This document shows, one piece after another, positions 11,539-24,480 of a stretch of 64,000 nucleotides of DNA (position 1 is its first letter; every line of letters begins with the position of its first letter). The stretch lies in assembly GCF_018350175.1 (NCBI RefSeq), contig NC_058369.1:10232001-10296000 (forward strand), read 5' to 3'. The position numbers and the translations under genes are program-made. The notes beneath the pieces were generated by a model that saw only the letters and a list, made by a program, of their open reading frames with translations, was not told the origin of the DNA and searched no databases. The DNA comes from Felis catus (taxonomy: Eukaryota).

Positions 11539-12169
11539 TCTTGGAGGCCCCTAACGGCTGCGACTCTGCTCAAGCTTCATTAAATAACTGGGTCTCTGCA
11601 GTGCCCAGGGTGAGTTGTTGCACATCCCAGCCCCGCCAGGGCCTACCGAGGGGAGAAGTGGAAGAGGAGAGTGGGGCCTGGGCTTAGCCGCTGATGGCTT
11701 CTAGCGAGACCGGCCCCACCCAGCTGGCAAACACTGCCACTGCCGTGGCAACAGGCACAGCTATTGTCCTTCTCTTCCTGTTCTGCTGACCTCTGCCATC
11801 CCCACTGAGTGATCGGTTGCTGTGGCTGGGCCAGTGTCCTCTGTGGGACTGTACCCACTGCCCTGCTTGTGCCTGGCATCTGAGCTGCCTCCCACACACC
11901 TGAAGAGGACAGTATGTGGGGCCACGGGGACAGCAGAGTCCTGAGCAGAATCCACCTGGATCCACCTGTTGACTGATGAGGTGCCCAGGGAGGGGTGTGG
12001 GGATTGTCCAAGGGCGCAGAGGTGGCCACCTCTTTACCCAGTGTTACAGCTCAAGAGGTTGGGGGGCCCAGCTGCTGAGGAGCTTAGACCTGAGCGCTAC
12101 CTCTGCCCCTTTGGGGGGAGGAAAAAGTCTGGAGTGCCAGCTAAAATGTGCCGAAGGAAAGATTGAGTG

Positions 12170-13140
12170 AGAAAACCCCCATTTTGCAGCCAGTAGAGGA
12201 ATAATTAATTCAGGCTAGGCTCCTCAGTGGGGGAGTAGATATTCACACAGTCTCGAAGGACCAGCCCACAAATTACTTGTTAATTACAGTGGGAAAAAGA
12301 TACCTCAGAAAATTCACCATGGAGAAAGTTGGCAGTCACCACTTTAACCAAATGATCAAAATTAACATCATCAGGGATGGGACAGGCTAACCTCACATGC
12401 ATCTTGCCGTGATGTACTGAGAAGGACACCTGCAAAGTACTTGGTCCTGTCCAAAGTGTTTAACCTGAGTCTAATCATAAGGACACAACCAGATACTTCC
12501 CGATTAAGGGGCATTCTGCCGACAAACAAACAAACAAACAAAAAAACCCCAAACCAAAAAACAAAAACCAAAAGTGCCTGGACTCTTCAAACAGATCTAT
12601 GTCATGAAAGGGAAAATCAATTTATTCATCCAATGAATGAAGGAGTGAATGAATGAAATGCCGGGAAACTGTTCTAGACTGAAGGGAACAAAGAGATGAC
12701 AGCCAAAATCAATGTATAATCCTTGATTGGATCCTTGACAATTTTCTTTAAAAAAAAAGGATGAAACAGCTACAAAAGATATTCTGGGGATAATCGAGGA
12801 TATTTGAATGTGGGTGGATCTTAGATGATATCATATCCAGGTTAAATTTCCTGAATGTGGGCATTGCACCGTGGTTGGATAAGAGAATGTTCTTATTTGT
12901 GGGAGGAACACACTGAATTCTTTAGTGGTATATTTGTGATGGTTGCGACTGCCAAATAGCTCAGAAGAAAACCATGTGTGTATGTATCTTATATACAACA
13001 TCGTAATATGTTATACATTAGTATTAATATAGAGGAGGGGAGGAGAGAGAGCGTGAGCAAATGTGGCAAAATAGTAACAATTGTCACTGAAGGCAGGAGA
13101 GTAAGTAAGCATATGGGTATTATTTTACTGTTCTTGTGAA
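12170..13140 (+). mobile_element. Old L1 (L1M-type) 3' region remnant, continuing at ~14031-14080
   Basis: AT-rich L1M 3'UTR-like phrases (gttaaatttcctga, gagaatgttcttatt, aatgtggcaaaat). Confidence 0.55.
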
Positions 13141-13146
13141 TTTTCT

Positions 13147-13406
13147 TTTTTTTTTCCCATACATTTTTTTATTCTCTATTTTTGAGAGAGAGAGACGGTG
13201 AGACAGAGCACAAGTGGGGAAGGAACAGAGAGAGAGGGAAGCACAGAATTCGAAGCAAGATCCAGGCTCTGAGCTGTCAGCACAGAACTCGACGTAGGGC
13301 TCAAAGTCATGAACCGCGGATCATGACCTGAGCCGAAGTCGGATGCTTAACCGACTGAGCCACCCAGGCGCCCTAAGTTTTCTTTTTTTTTTTTTTAATG
13401 TTTGTT

Positions 13407-13438
<32 letters not shown>

Positions 13439-14030
13439 CAAGTGGAGAGGGGCGGAGAGAGAGGGAGACACAGAATCTGAAGCAGGCTCCAGGCTCTCAG
13501 CTGTCAGCATAGAGCCCCACGTGGGGCTCGAACTCATGGACTGTGAGATCACGACCTGAGCAAAGTTGGGCGTTTAACCTACTGAGCCACCCAGGCGCCC
13601 CAAGTTTTCTTTTTTTTAATGTTTATTTATTTTTGAGAGAGAGAGTGAGTGGGGGAGGGGCAGAGAGAGAGGATCCGAAGCAGACTCCAGGCTCTGAGCT
13701 GTCAGCACAGAGCCTGATGCAGGGCTTGAACTCACGAGCCGTGAGATCATGACCCAAGCCAAAGTCGGTCCCTCAACCGACTGAGCCATCCAGGGGCCCC
13801 TCTTTTATTTTTTTTTAAGTTTATTTATTTATTTTGAGAGAGAGCAAAAGAGCGAGCAGGAGCAGGGGAGGGGCAGAAAGAAAGAAAGGGAGAGAGAGAG
13901 AGGATCCCAAGCAGGCTCTGCACTGTCAGCGCAGAACCTGACTCGGGGCTTGAACTCACGAACCTCGAGATCGTGACCTGAGCTGAAACCAAACATCGGA
14001 TGCTAACCAACTGAGTCACCCAGGTGCCCC
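13147..14030 (-). mobile_element. Stack of four same-orientation CAN-SINEs (~13147-13373, 13378-13601, 13605-13800, 13803-14030)
   Basis: Four heads ending ccagg(c/g/t)gccc; outer TSD ttcttgtga(a/g)ttttct at 13131 and 14031. Confidence 0.92.
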
Positions 14031-14865
14031 TTCTTGTGAGTTTTCTGTACCTTTGGAAATTTCAAAATAAACATTAGGGAAAAATACCCCCCAATTCCCT
14101 CCCATCTCTGGTGCAACACTGCCGTGGGCTTAATGTGCACCTTTCTGTTTGTATGTTTCCTTGAAAATGTGCCTTGTTTTATGTGAGTATTCTATTACAT
14201 TTGGCTTCTTACTTTCCTTTTCCAGTTAGCACTGTATTGCTTGCTTGCTTGTTTGCTTGTCTTGCAGTAGGACTTCAGTATCCATCCGTGTTGTCAATCT
14301 CTTGCGTCTGTTTTCTTCTGATTTCTACTTGATGTTCCACAGATGCATCCCTCACGTCTTACGACTCTGTCCCCTGGGGATGGACATCAGGCAGCCTCCA
14401 GCTCCCAGCCACTGCAGCCTTGGACATGTCCCTTCAGAGACCTGTGTGGAAATCTCCCTAGGAGAGAGACCTGGTTGCAGAGATGCTGGATCACAGGGCA
14501 CAGTCCGTTGCTGTGTGGCGTCCTGGACTAGCTGCCCCCAGCCACACCTTCTGTCAGTGCAGAGGGTCCCATGTACCCACATCTCCGCCAGCTGTTAGCT
14601 TTATCCAGCTTCTGATTTTTACCACTCTGACTCGATGTCAAGTGACGTCACCATTGCTGTCTTTCACATTTCTCTGATTTCAGGTCACTTTGAGCATCTC
14701 CTCATTTGCTTGATCGCCTTCAGTTTCTCCTCTTTTGTAAATTGCCTGTTCATATTCTTTGCCCTGTTTGCACTTGGGTTGCTGTCTTTTACTCGTTGAT
14801 TTGCATGTGCTCCTCCTAGAATCTAGCTGTGCCCTGTCCCATCCGATCTGTCCTACACGAAATCT

Positions 14866-15105
14866 CTGCTCTCCACATGTAGGTATGAGCACTTGAAATA
14901 CGGCAAATACAAATTGCGATGTGCCGTAAGTGTAAAATACACACCAGATTTCGGAAACTTAGTACAAAGAAAAGATGTAAAAAGATGTAAAAGATGTAAA
15001 ATATCTCATTAACTCATTTTTATTCTGTCTACGTTATAATAATAATAATAATGTGGATGTATTGGGCTGCATAAAATGTACTACTCAAATTACTTTCACC
15101 TATTT
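14866..15105. mobile_element. hAT/Charlie-type MER (MER3-like) DNA transposon remnant
   Basis: agcacttgaaat...gtaagtgtaaaatacacaccagatttc...aatatctcattaa signature. Confidence 0.5.
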
Positions 15106-15106
15106 G

Positions 15107-15337
15107 TTTTTTATTATTTAAAATTTTTTTAATGTTTATTTATTTTTGAGAGAGAGAGAGAGAGAGAGACAGCAGGAGCCTGGGAGGGGCATAGATAGGG
15201 AGACACAGAATCCGAAGCAGGCTCCAGGCTCCGAGCTGTCAGCACGGAGCCCGACACGGGGCTTGAGCTCACAAACTGTGAGATCGTGACTGGAGCCGAA
15301 GTTGCACGCTTCACCTACTGAGCCACCCAGGTGCTCC
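15107..15337 (-). mobile_element. Felid CAN-SINE
   Basis: Complete structure with (GA)n tract. Confidence 0.9.
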
Positions 15338-16035
15338 TGAGCCGTGTAACTCTCTTAACAGCCCTGTGAGGTAGGTGCAGTATGAGGCATTGCGAACATA
15401 TTCTCCCATTCTGCCATGTGATGATTCGTGTCACCATTATATCCTTTCTTGGAAGAAAATTCTCAGCTGCAATATAACAGGACTTACCCGCTTGTGGTTT
15501 CCACCCATGATGTTTCATTAAAGGGGCTCTTCTCTTAAGTCACAAAGTCATTCTTCTGTATTTTCTTCTGTTCGTTCTATGGTTTTGCTTTGCTTTTGCT
15601 TCTATTCGTTCTATGTCTTTTATTCCATCTCTCGTCCACCTCAGGTTGTGGGGTAGGATACAGTCTTTTTTCTCCATCACCTCTACTGGTCGCCGGCTGT
15701 GTGGCCCCGGGCAAGCCCCTTCGCCCTGTGTGCCCCAGTCTCCTCCTCTCTAAAATGGGAATAATAATAGGACCCACCTCCTAAAGCTGTTACGATTACG
15801 TCAGAATAAAATGAGCTCTTCTGTGTCAAGTGCCTACAGTCGTGTTGGGCAGATAGTAAATGCTCAGTGAACACCAGCTGCTATTACTAAACGGTGTTGT
15901 GGTCACAGAGATGACCTCAGTATGTCATGATAGAAACATGATAGAAGTAGACACCTTTATTAAGCTCTTACTATGTGCCAGGGTCTGTGCTGCCTGCTTT
16001 TCATGAATAATCCCACTGGATATCACCCCTATTCT

Positions 16036-16263
16036 TTTTTTTTTTTTTAATTTTTTTTTTCAACGTTTATTTATTTTTGGGACAGAGAGAGACAGAGCAC
16101 GAACAGGGGAGGGGCAGAGAGAGAGGGAGACACAGAATCGGAAACAGGCTCCAGGCTCTGAGCGGCCAGCCCAGAGCCTGACGCGGGGCTCGAACTCACG
16201 GACCGCGAGATCGTGACCTGGCTGAAGTCGGACGCTTAACCGACTGTGCCACCCAGGCACCCC
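16036..16263 (-). mobile_element. Young felid CAN-SINE inserted in a MIR-like sequence
   Basis: Perfect 15-bp TSD tatcacccctattct at 16021-16035 and 16264-16278. Confidence 0.93.
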
Positions 16264-17387
16264 TATCACCCCTATTCTACAGAGGAGGAGGCTGAGGCTC
16301 AGAGAGGGGCAGCCACTAGCTCGAAGTTGAACAGTGACTCATAGGTGTGGTGTTTTCAACCCCAAGATACCCCTCTGGGTGGGTGGGGCCTGCTCTGAGC
16401 CAGGGGGGACAGGGAGGACCAAGGAGGGACAATGCCCTGGCCACAGTGATCTTGGGAGTTTGATGGCCTGTGCTTGGGGGCTCCCTATCAGCCTGGCAGG
16501 AGTGGTCTCAGCGGGACGGGCCTGGAGGGGAAGCAAAGGAGGTGGCCCTTCCCAGGCTGGGTCCTCTGGCCCCAGGTCTCTCAGACTCTGCTCGAGCAGC
16601 TGCCTTTTGCTGCTGGATTCTAGGATGTCATGATAAAACCCTGAAGCAGCACTGTGTTCTGGAGGGCCAATGGGCAGCTCTCTTTTTGAAATGCATCGCT
16701 GGTGATTTCCCACCACCGCCTTGGCCCCTTGCCTCGTCCAGCCCCCCAAGCAGCTGACTTGTGGCGTCTCTCCCAGCTGCGCCCTCTCTCCATTCCCGGA
16801 CCTACAACCCCAACAGCGGCCAGAGGGCGCCTGAGAGCTCATAAGTCAGGTCCTGTCCCCTCCTCTGCTGAAGGCCCCCCCCCCCCCAAAGGCCATCTGC
16901 CCACAAAACACTCTTTGCTGAAGTAGCCCATCTGGAGTCAGGCCCAGTCATACTGATGTCCACCAATACCTTCCCAAGGAAAGCTGGGCCCCCACTGAGA
17001 CAAAACACCCAGGGCCTCAGCGGGGACTTCCAGCAAAGGCAAACCAGGCCCTGTCCCTCCTGACTCAGACTCTCTCAACAGGCTTCTCTTCTGCCTCAGG
17101 CTTGTAGGCCTGCCTCAGCAGGGCTCTGGCACCCGGCCTGTCTCACCCAGGCCAGGCCCCGCCCTACCCTGTCCTACCCTCTCTGTTCCAGGCACCCGAG
17201 GGCCTCACTCCTCAGCCCAGCCTTTGTCAGCTCACACCCCTTGCGTGCCTAAGAGACTCAAGGGGTGGGGGCTTCGGCTCCCATGGCCCATCCTCGAGCT
17301 CTGACAGACTCCTCTCCCCTGGCCTGTTCCCCCAGGGCCAGGCCTCTTCCCTCCAAGCCCTACGGTCATGGGCAGTGCCTTGCCCAG

Positions 17388-17787
17388 TGTAGTGGGCTGA
17401 ATGGTGGCCTCCCAAAGATACGTCCGTGTCTCTGAAACTGTCAATGTGACCCAATTTGGAATAAGGAAGGGTCTTTGCAGAGGTAATTAAGTTAAGGATC
17501 TTGAGATGAGATCAGCCTGGATTAGGGCGGGCCCCTGAATCTAACAAGTGTCCTTAGAAGAGAGGACCCAGAGACAGGCAGGGGGAGGAGGGCCCTGGGA
17601 GGGGGAGGCAGGGACTGGGGCAGAGAGGCACAGGACGGATCTTCCTCACAGCCTCCAGAAGGAATCAACCTTGCTCACACCTTGGTTTCGGACTTTTGGC
17701 CTCCTGTCCTGTGGAAGAATGACTTACCGTTGTTTCAAGCCACATAGTCTGTGGCACCTTGTTACGGCAGCCCCAGGAACCTAAAAC
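17388..17787 (+). mobile_element. MaLR MLT1-like solo LTR
   Basis: Starts tgtagtgggctgaatggtggcc; contains gggtctttgcagaggtaattaagttaaggatcttgagatgagat; ends ttgttacggcagccccaggaac. Confidence 0.75.
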
Positions 17788-18979
17788 TTCTGACTTGGTA
17801 AGGGTTCGGGAACGAACCCCCCACCCCCACCCCCCCGCCGCTGGGTCTCTGAGTCTCCTAGGGCTTAGTGTTGACCTGCCACTTAGGAACTGTGCCTAAT
17901 GACTAAGCCATGAATCACGAAGTGGGAAAAGGACCCCAGGAAAGAGGGGCTTTTCCTGGAGCCCAAGAGAACAGCCATTTCTACCAGGTGGGAGCTGGGG
18001 CAAGTGGGGCACGGGGGAGGGGGGACCCTTCCCAGGGCCGGGTTGTCTTTCCTCTGCACACGCCCTAACATCAGCGGTCACAGGATAGATGTGGCCAGTC
18101 CTCTTGTCTGAATCAGTTTGTCACTCAATTACTCATTTGACAAACGCTCAGAGGGCAGTTTCTGGGCCAGGCACTGCTGTGAGCACCGGCGATGGAAAGA
18201 TTGTTAGGACATGGTTTGTGACCTCCAGGGAACTAGGGGGGGCGGGGGGGGGCGGGGGGGGCGGGGGGGGCAGGGGCTTGAGGCTCCTTCCTGAGGTCGT
18301 CTCTCCTCCCTTCATGAGGGAAGATGTCTGACCGAATAATCGTAGTTTGAGAACTCAGAAATCAGACGCCCCACCTCCACCCCTCCTCGGGCAAGTGTGG
18401 GATCAGCAGACCAGGGGAGCGTGCTCAGGTCGGAGCGAGAGAGCATGATGAACACATGTACTCTAAGAACTAGATTGTAATAGAAAACACAGATACTTAT
18501 TGTTTGCGCTGTGCTCTTTTCGGACAAAAGGTTGGTGCGTTGAAGTTTCGAGAGTCTGATGATCTGTCTCAGGGACTCGAAGTTATACAATCAAATGACA
18601 CGCCCCACCCTCCACCCGAACAGAGGAAAATTAAGACAAAGCAAAAACCAAAATGCCTGCAAGTTCCTACCCCACTCAGGAAACGCTGAAGTCCTCCCAG
18701 TGGCCCCAGGTCCTGCACCACTGCCTCGTCACCCCCTGCCCTCGCTTCCTCCCACTCACCCCTCACTTACTCTGTTCCAGCCTCACTGGGCTCCTGGCTG
18801 CCCCTTAAATATCTCAGACACACCCCTGCCTCAGGGCCTTTGCACAGGCCGCTCCCTCTGCCTGGAACACCCTTCCCTCCATATCCACCTGAAGAAGTGA
18901 CCTCCTTCAAGTCCTTGCTCAAATATCACCTTCTCAAGGAGGCGTTCGCTAACTGTGTTTTTAAAAAAAAATACCCCAA

Positions 18980-19189
18980 GGGGCTCCTGGGTGGCTCATT
19001 CGGTTGAGCATCCGACTTCGGCTCAGGTCACGATCTCACAGCTCGTGAGTTCAAGCCCCACGTCGGGCTCTGTGCTGACAGCTCGGAGCCTGGAGCCTGC
19101 TTCGGATTCTGTGCCTCCCTCCCTCTGCCCCTAACCCACTTGCATTCTGTCTGTGTCTCTCTCAAAAATAAACATTAAAAAAAAGTTTT
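18980..19189 (+). mobile_element. Felid CAN-SINE
   Basis: TSD aaaaataccccaa at 18967 and 19190. Confidence 0.9.
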
Positions 19190-19517
19190 AAAAATACCCC
19201 AAACTCTCTACCCCCATGTTTCATATTTTCATCACTCTCCCCATTATCTAGTACATTAGTTGTTTTATTTATTTATCCTTATCCCCCCCCCCCCCCCCGA
19301 CCCGTGCCTCCCACTCAACTGTTAGCTCTGCCAAAGGCAGGAAGTTTTGCCGGGTTTGTTCACTGCTGTGTCCCCAGCATTAAGCACAGGGGCTGGGTCC
19401 ACAGTAGGTGGTCAATAAATGTTGATGGAATGAACAATACTTACGACGTGTCAGGTGCTATGCTGTGTACCTCAATAATTAATAACTAATAAGAATAATA
19501 TTTAAGGCGTGGGACAT

Positions 19518-19942
19518 GGGGCGCCTGGCTGGCTCAGTCAGTAGAACATGGGACTCATGATCTCTGGGTCGTGAGTTCAAGCCCAATGTTGGGTGTAGAG
19601 CCTCCATAAAAAAAAGAAAAAGAAAGAAAGAAGAAAGAAAGAAAGAAGAAAGAAAGAAAAGAAAAAAGAAAAGAAAAAAGAAAGAAAGAAAATTAAAGAA
19701 AAAGACGACCCGGGGGGCGCCTGGGTGGCTCAGTTGGTTAAGTGTCCGACTTCAGCTCAGGTCACGATCTCGCGATCTGTGGGTTCAAGCCCCGTGTCGG
19801 GCTCTGGGCTGATGGCTCAGAGCCTGGAGCCTGCTTCAGATTCTGTGTCTTCCTCTCTCTCTGCCCCTCCCCCGTTCATGCTCTGTCTCTCTCTGTCCCA
19901 AAAATAAATAAACGTTAAAAAAATTAAAAAAAAAAAAAAAAA
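19518..19942 (+). mobile_element. Short CAN-SINE with (GAAA)n tail followed by a full CAN-SINE (~19714-19942)
   Basis: Two ggggcgcctgg heads; TSD-like aaaaagac(g/a)acccgg around the second. Confidence 0.88.
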
Positions 19943-20643
19943 AGACAACCCGGGACAGGCTTTCAACTAAGTGCTTTAGAAATATTTGCTCATGTTAATT
20001 GCACACTTGCTCTGTGCCAGGTCTGTGGCACAGAGACCTCAGGGGTTAACTGAGTTTTGGCCTGGGGGCAGTAAGAAGGGAGAGCTAGCTGGGATCTTCC
20101 TGTTTTACAAGGGAGGAAACTGAGGCTTTGAGAGGTTTTGCCATTTTCTCACGGGAATACAGCGAGCAGAACTTGAACTCAGCACCCCCTTGAGTGTGCA
20201 CAGAAGCCAAGTTCATAATTTCATGTGCTCTTCTTCCCTGCTGCATTAACTTACCCACTTTTCACTTGGAACGCTATGAAGTCTGTGCCTCGTTTGTGTC
20301 GTTTTTTTAAAGGAGGCCACTGAGACTCCGAGCGGTAAAGTCATATGCCCAGGGATACACAACAGCAGAGTGACAGAGTTGGGATTCAAGGGGTGAGGGT
20401 GCTGGTCTGCTCTGGAGCCTCGTGCTCCGCATCTCTCGAGTGAGCTGGTTGTCACATTGAGATTGCAATGGGAGTGATCCTGCTTCAGGTACAGCTTCCT
20501 CAGGGTGCGCTGAATGTCTCAGGGGATCCCCTGGCAAGTGGGTTCCTGGAGCTCAGCTGAGAGCACTCACCCCCAAAGGCTTTTGGGGTTTCCAGCTGTG
20601 GAATAAGAAACCTTCACATAATAACTGGCACACAGTGCTTATT

Positions 20644-20826
20644 CTTTTTATTTTTAATATTTATTTTTTGAGAGAAAGAGCAGGGGAGGGGCAGAGAGAG
20701 GAGGACGGAGGATCCGAAGCAAGCTCCTCACCAACAGCAGCGAGCGAGCCCGATGTGGGGCTTGAACTCACGAATCGCGAGAGCCAAAGTCTGACGCTCA
20801 AACGACTGAGCCACCCAGGCGTCCCT
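20644..20826 (-). mobile_element. Diverged CAN-SINE
   Basis: gactgagccacccaggcgtccc head and T-rich tail. Confidence 0.8.
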
Positions 20827-21743
20827 CATATGGTGCTTCTTCTATGCTGGGTCCTGGTGTGTGTGTGTGTGGGGGGGGGGGGTGTATTATCTCCATATCC
20901 AGAAAACCCTTACAATCCTAGAAGAGGTACTGTTATTATGCCTGTTTTACAGTTGAAGAAACGGAGGCACAGAGAGGCTGAGTCACCTGACCAAGGTCAC
21001 ACAGCTAGCAAGTGGTGGTCCCGGACTCGAATCTGGAAGCAAGAACAATGGCTAGGGGAGAGGTAGGGGCCACCGAACACCGGTCTGGATCTTCACATCC
21101 AGCTAGGTAGTCCTGGCAGGATAAAGGCACACTCTAACAGGAATGAGGAAGCTCGCTATTTCCACCACACGTGAGGGGGAACATGCAGAGTGCACAGTAT
21201 ATACCCTTTGTGTAAAAGGAAAAGTTGATTTGTGCACGACTCAGGGAAGGTACCTGAGAAACTGGGGACATTCGTTGGGGGTGGACTCGAATAGCAGGGT
21301 GGAGGGGAGGATTTTCATTCTGTCCCCTCCAGAGTCTAGTCCGTGATTGATTACCTGGGCAAAAACAGACTGACATCTTAGAAATTATGCTTAAACAGCC
21401 TCTGGAGAGAACGCGCACACAAAAATCGTTTTTCTTTTTCTAAAGGGAAAGCTCTCGTGATGCCGTGGCCAGTCTGTACAGGGACAGCAGCTGAGGGAAC
21501 TGCAGGCCCGGAGGAGGGAGGGGACTCTGCTTCTGTCCACAGGCCAAACGTGCATCTTGGGTTTTGCACTGTTTAAGTGATGTTAAAACATGACTGCTTG
21601 GGCCGGTGGCTTAAGACGCAGCTCCACACAGACTGACACGGAAGTTCTGGAATGTGCTCAGAGTCCGCGTGGGAAAGAAGAAATCCCCTAAAGGGAAGCC
21701 AAGGAAGCGAGGGAGGAGTCTCTTGGGAGATACACCAAACCTC

Positions 21744-21746
<3 letters not shown>

Positions 21747-21785
<39 letters not shown>
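21747..21785. repeat. (CA)n microsatellite
   Basis: Direct reading. Confidence 0.95.
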
Positions 21786-21787
<2 letters not shown>

Positions 21788-23082
21788 CATGCGCCAGGCC
21801 CCCCATGGCAAAACAACGCAGTGTCAGAGGGGCCGGTTTTCTGTCCACCTGGGTCCTTTTTGTCCTTTTCACCACGAACACGTTCCTAAAGAATCCCACT
21901 GCCCCACCCACTGTGCCGGGTAGGTGATTTCTAGAAGTTCCCAGAACTGTGTGCACTTGAGGTTTTGTGTGCTTTTGTGTCGGTGACTTTGACAGGAAGG
22001 TTGCAGGGACCTGCCACCTAATGGTGACAGGGGCACAGGGATGGCACTCCGGGGGAGGGGTGGCCTACGACCCAAGGCCAGGGCCAATTCTGCAGGAAGG
22101 GTCATCTTGGTGCCTGAGGTAGCTCAGTAAACATCTGTGACAAGCTCCCTTATGGCTCTGACACTCAGGGTCGCCTCCCAACTGGGACGGCGTCGTCTGG
22201 GCTCACTGAGAGCCCCATCTTAGGTTTGGGGGGCAAGCCCTCTGATCTGTGCTGTCCAGCACTTGCCACTAGCCGTGTGTGGCTGCTGCCGAGCCCTGGA
22301 AATGTGACTGGAACAACGGAGAGGCTGAATGTATTTTGTTGCATCTTAAAGCAGTCCTATTTAAAGATGACCTAAAACATTCCCATTGCTTGCAGAAACT
22401 TCTCTTGGACAGCCCGGCCCCCATTCGCTCCCAGTGGTCACCTTTCAGTCGGAAGGGAAAGCCACTCCTTGATTGATTTTAAACGCTGTTTTTAAGACAT
22501 CTCATAGCAAAGTAGCAATACCACTGTTTTAAGCTTCTGTAATTACTGTGTAATAAAACCAGTTTTCTTAAAAAAAAAAAAAAAAAAAAGTTACAAAGCA
22601 AAAGCAACTTCAGCGGCCCGCGAATGAAGCCAGGGCAGGAAATGTGTCTTCTCCAGGAGGAGCTCAGCCCTGGGCTGGAATTCGGGTCTGGTTTGGCCAG
22701 GGCCTGCCTGCCACTCTGCCTGTTCCAGCAAGAAAGGAGTGCACGGGGTTCACAGGGCAGGCCCTACACCACCCCTTGGCCCCAGCAACCAGGCCCTGCC
22801 TGGAACACGGGAAAGTGAACTGCTTAACTCCAGCCCCAACCTTCACAAAACAGAGCTTCAAATCCATTGGGCTCTCTGGATGCCTGGATCGCGTCCATGT
22901 AGGTGGCGTGGACGGACGTTCTCTGCTCCCCACGTAGCCCTGGGAGACTTCTCTCCCTCTCGCAGGGGACTCCTGCCTCCCCCCTGACTGCATCTGAGGG
23001 ACGCCCAGCCACCGCCCCAGCCCCAGCCAGCAAAGCCCTCAAACAGAGTCGCAGGACTGCCCCCTGAGGTTTAGCATCGGTC

Positions 23083-23088
23083 TTTAAT
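23083..23088 (-). terminator. DNAJB1: DNAJB1 polyadenylation signal ATTAAA
   Basis: tttaat on the plus strand, ~1.17 kb after the stop codon. Confidence 0.65.
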
Positions 23089-24249
23089 GCTGTCGTGCTG
23101 CACATTGACAAGTCACACGCTTTGGTCTCGTGCTGGCAGTGGCAGCTTACAAGGAGTCCCAATGTCTGAGCACCAGACTGGCCTGCAGGGAACAGACACT
23201 TTGTTCCCTCCCTGCCCCCCTCCCCGACTCCCAAGGTTCCTTTGGAGTTCCATCATGGCCCGATACAGAAAGCAGCAGTTGCCGGGGGCCGGTTTCCTGT
23301 GAGTGCACACCAACGTTACACGGAATTATAAAAACATATTTACAAACGTTCCACAGTGCTCCTGTAATCAGAAGCAAAGACCCTTTTATCAAAAGGGATT
23401 ATAGCCAGGGCTGTGCAAAATCAAAAGGATCAGATCCTTTTGAAAGAGTCCAGAGTCCGTTAAACACAAAATTACCCGGGTCGCCGGTAAGTCCCAGGTG
23501 CGCCTAAAGATTGCCTTACAGAAAAAAGAAAGAGTATGACCCCTAAGTGAGTGCACTTGGCCTCGGAGTCAGGGGTCGAGAGGGCCCCCAGCTCTGTCCA
23601 GGGCCCTAGGCCCTCCAGGGAGAAGCGTCTGTGCAGCTCATTCACACGAGGCCGGCGCCCTTGGTCCTGCTGGTACGAGAGGTATTGCTTGTGGGTGCCG
23701 GCCAGGCAGTTTTGCAAAAACAGTCTAGGTCAGTTCTCAATTTGAGATGGCGAGAGAGAAAATAGGATTCTTCAGAGGAACAGCAAGACGTGGGAGACAA
23801 ATACAGAATAAAACACGAACTGATCACACAACAAAAACTGAGGAGCGTACAGGGTCTGGGAACCGAGGCGGCAGGCTGATACCAACTAATGGCCACACAA
23901 GCAAAGGGCTACAGACGGATCAAGTCCAGCTGTGGGTCTGCCTCTCACCCACAGGCAGGGCCTGGAGGAGGGCGTGGGCCCATCCGAGGGGGGGCTGCAG
24001 GACCCAGTGGGACAGACTGGAAGGCCTTTTCCTGCGGTCCCCACCACCTGCCGCCCTATCGCTCGAAAAACCACTTAAGTCTAGTGCACGACTTTGAAAG
24101 ATTGTAATATATTCTCTGGAAAACATTCAGCAGTACGAAAGCCCTCCCTGGGCCCTCCCGCCCTCTCATGGGTCCACAACTGGTGGAACAGTCTGGAAAT
24201 CCTTGAGCTCTGGAAAGGTCCCCGGTCAGTCCTTGGGAAACCCTGGTGA

Positions 24250-24480
24250 CTATATCGGAAGAACCTGCTCCAGTACGGTTCTTGATGTCTGGGGGATCCT
24301 TTCAGGGAAGATCACTTCGAACTCAATAATGAGGTCCCCGCGTTTCTCGGGCGTTTTGGGGAGGGGGAGGCCTTCTCCAGGAACTTTTCGCCTCATGCCA
24401 GGCCTGATGACATCTTTGAACACGACGGGTATGGTCCTGCCGTCCAGAGTGGGTACGTTCACCGTGCAGCCACACAGAGC
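24250..24480 (-). CDS. DNAJB1: DNAJB1 exon 3 (ALCGCTVNVPTLDGR...EQVLPI*)
   Basis: ctctcccaag|GCT acceptor; TAG at 24252-24250; 231 nt. Confidence 0.97.
   Translation of the reverse strand, partial: ALCGCTVNVPTLDGRTIPVVFKDVIRPGMRRKVPGEGLPLPKTPEKRGDLIIEFEVIFPERIPQTSRTVLEQVLPI

Noticed and set aside
11602..11609. 8-nt micro-exon-like ctgcag|TGCCCAGG|gtgagt
   Set aside because: No host gene on the plus strand and a weak pyrimidine tract; likely chance.
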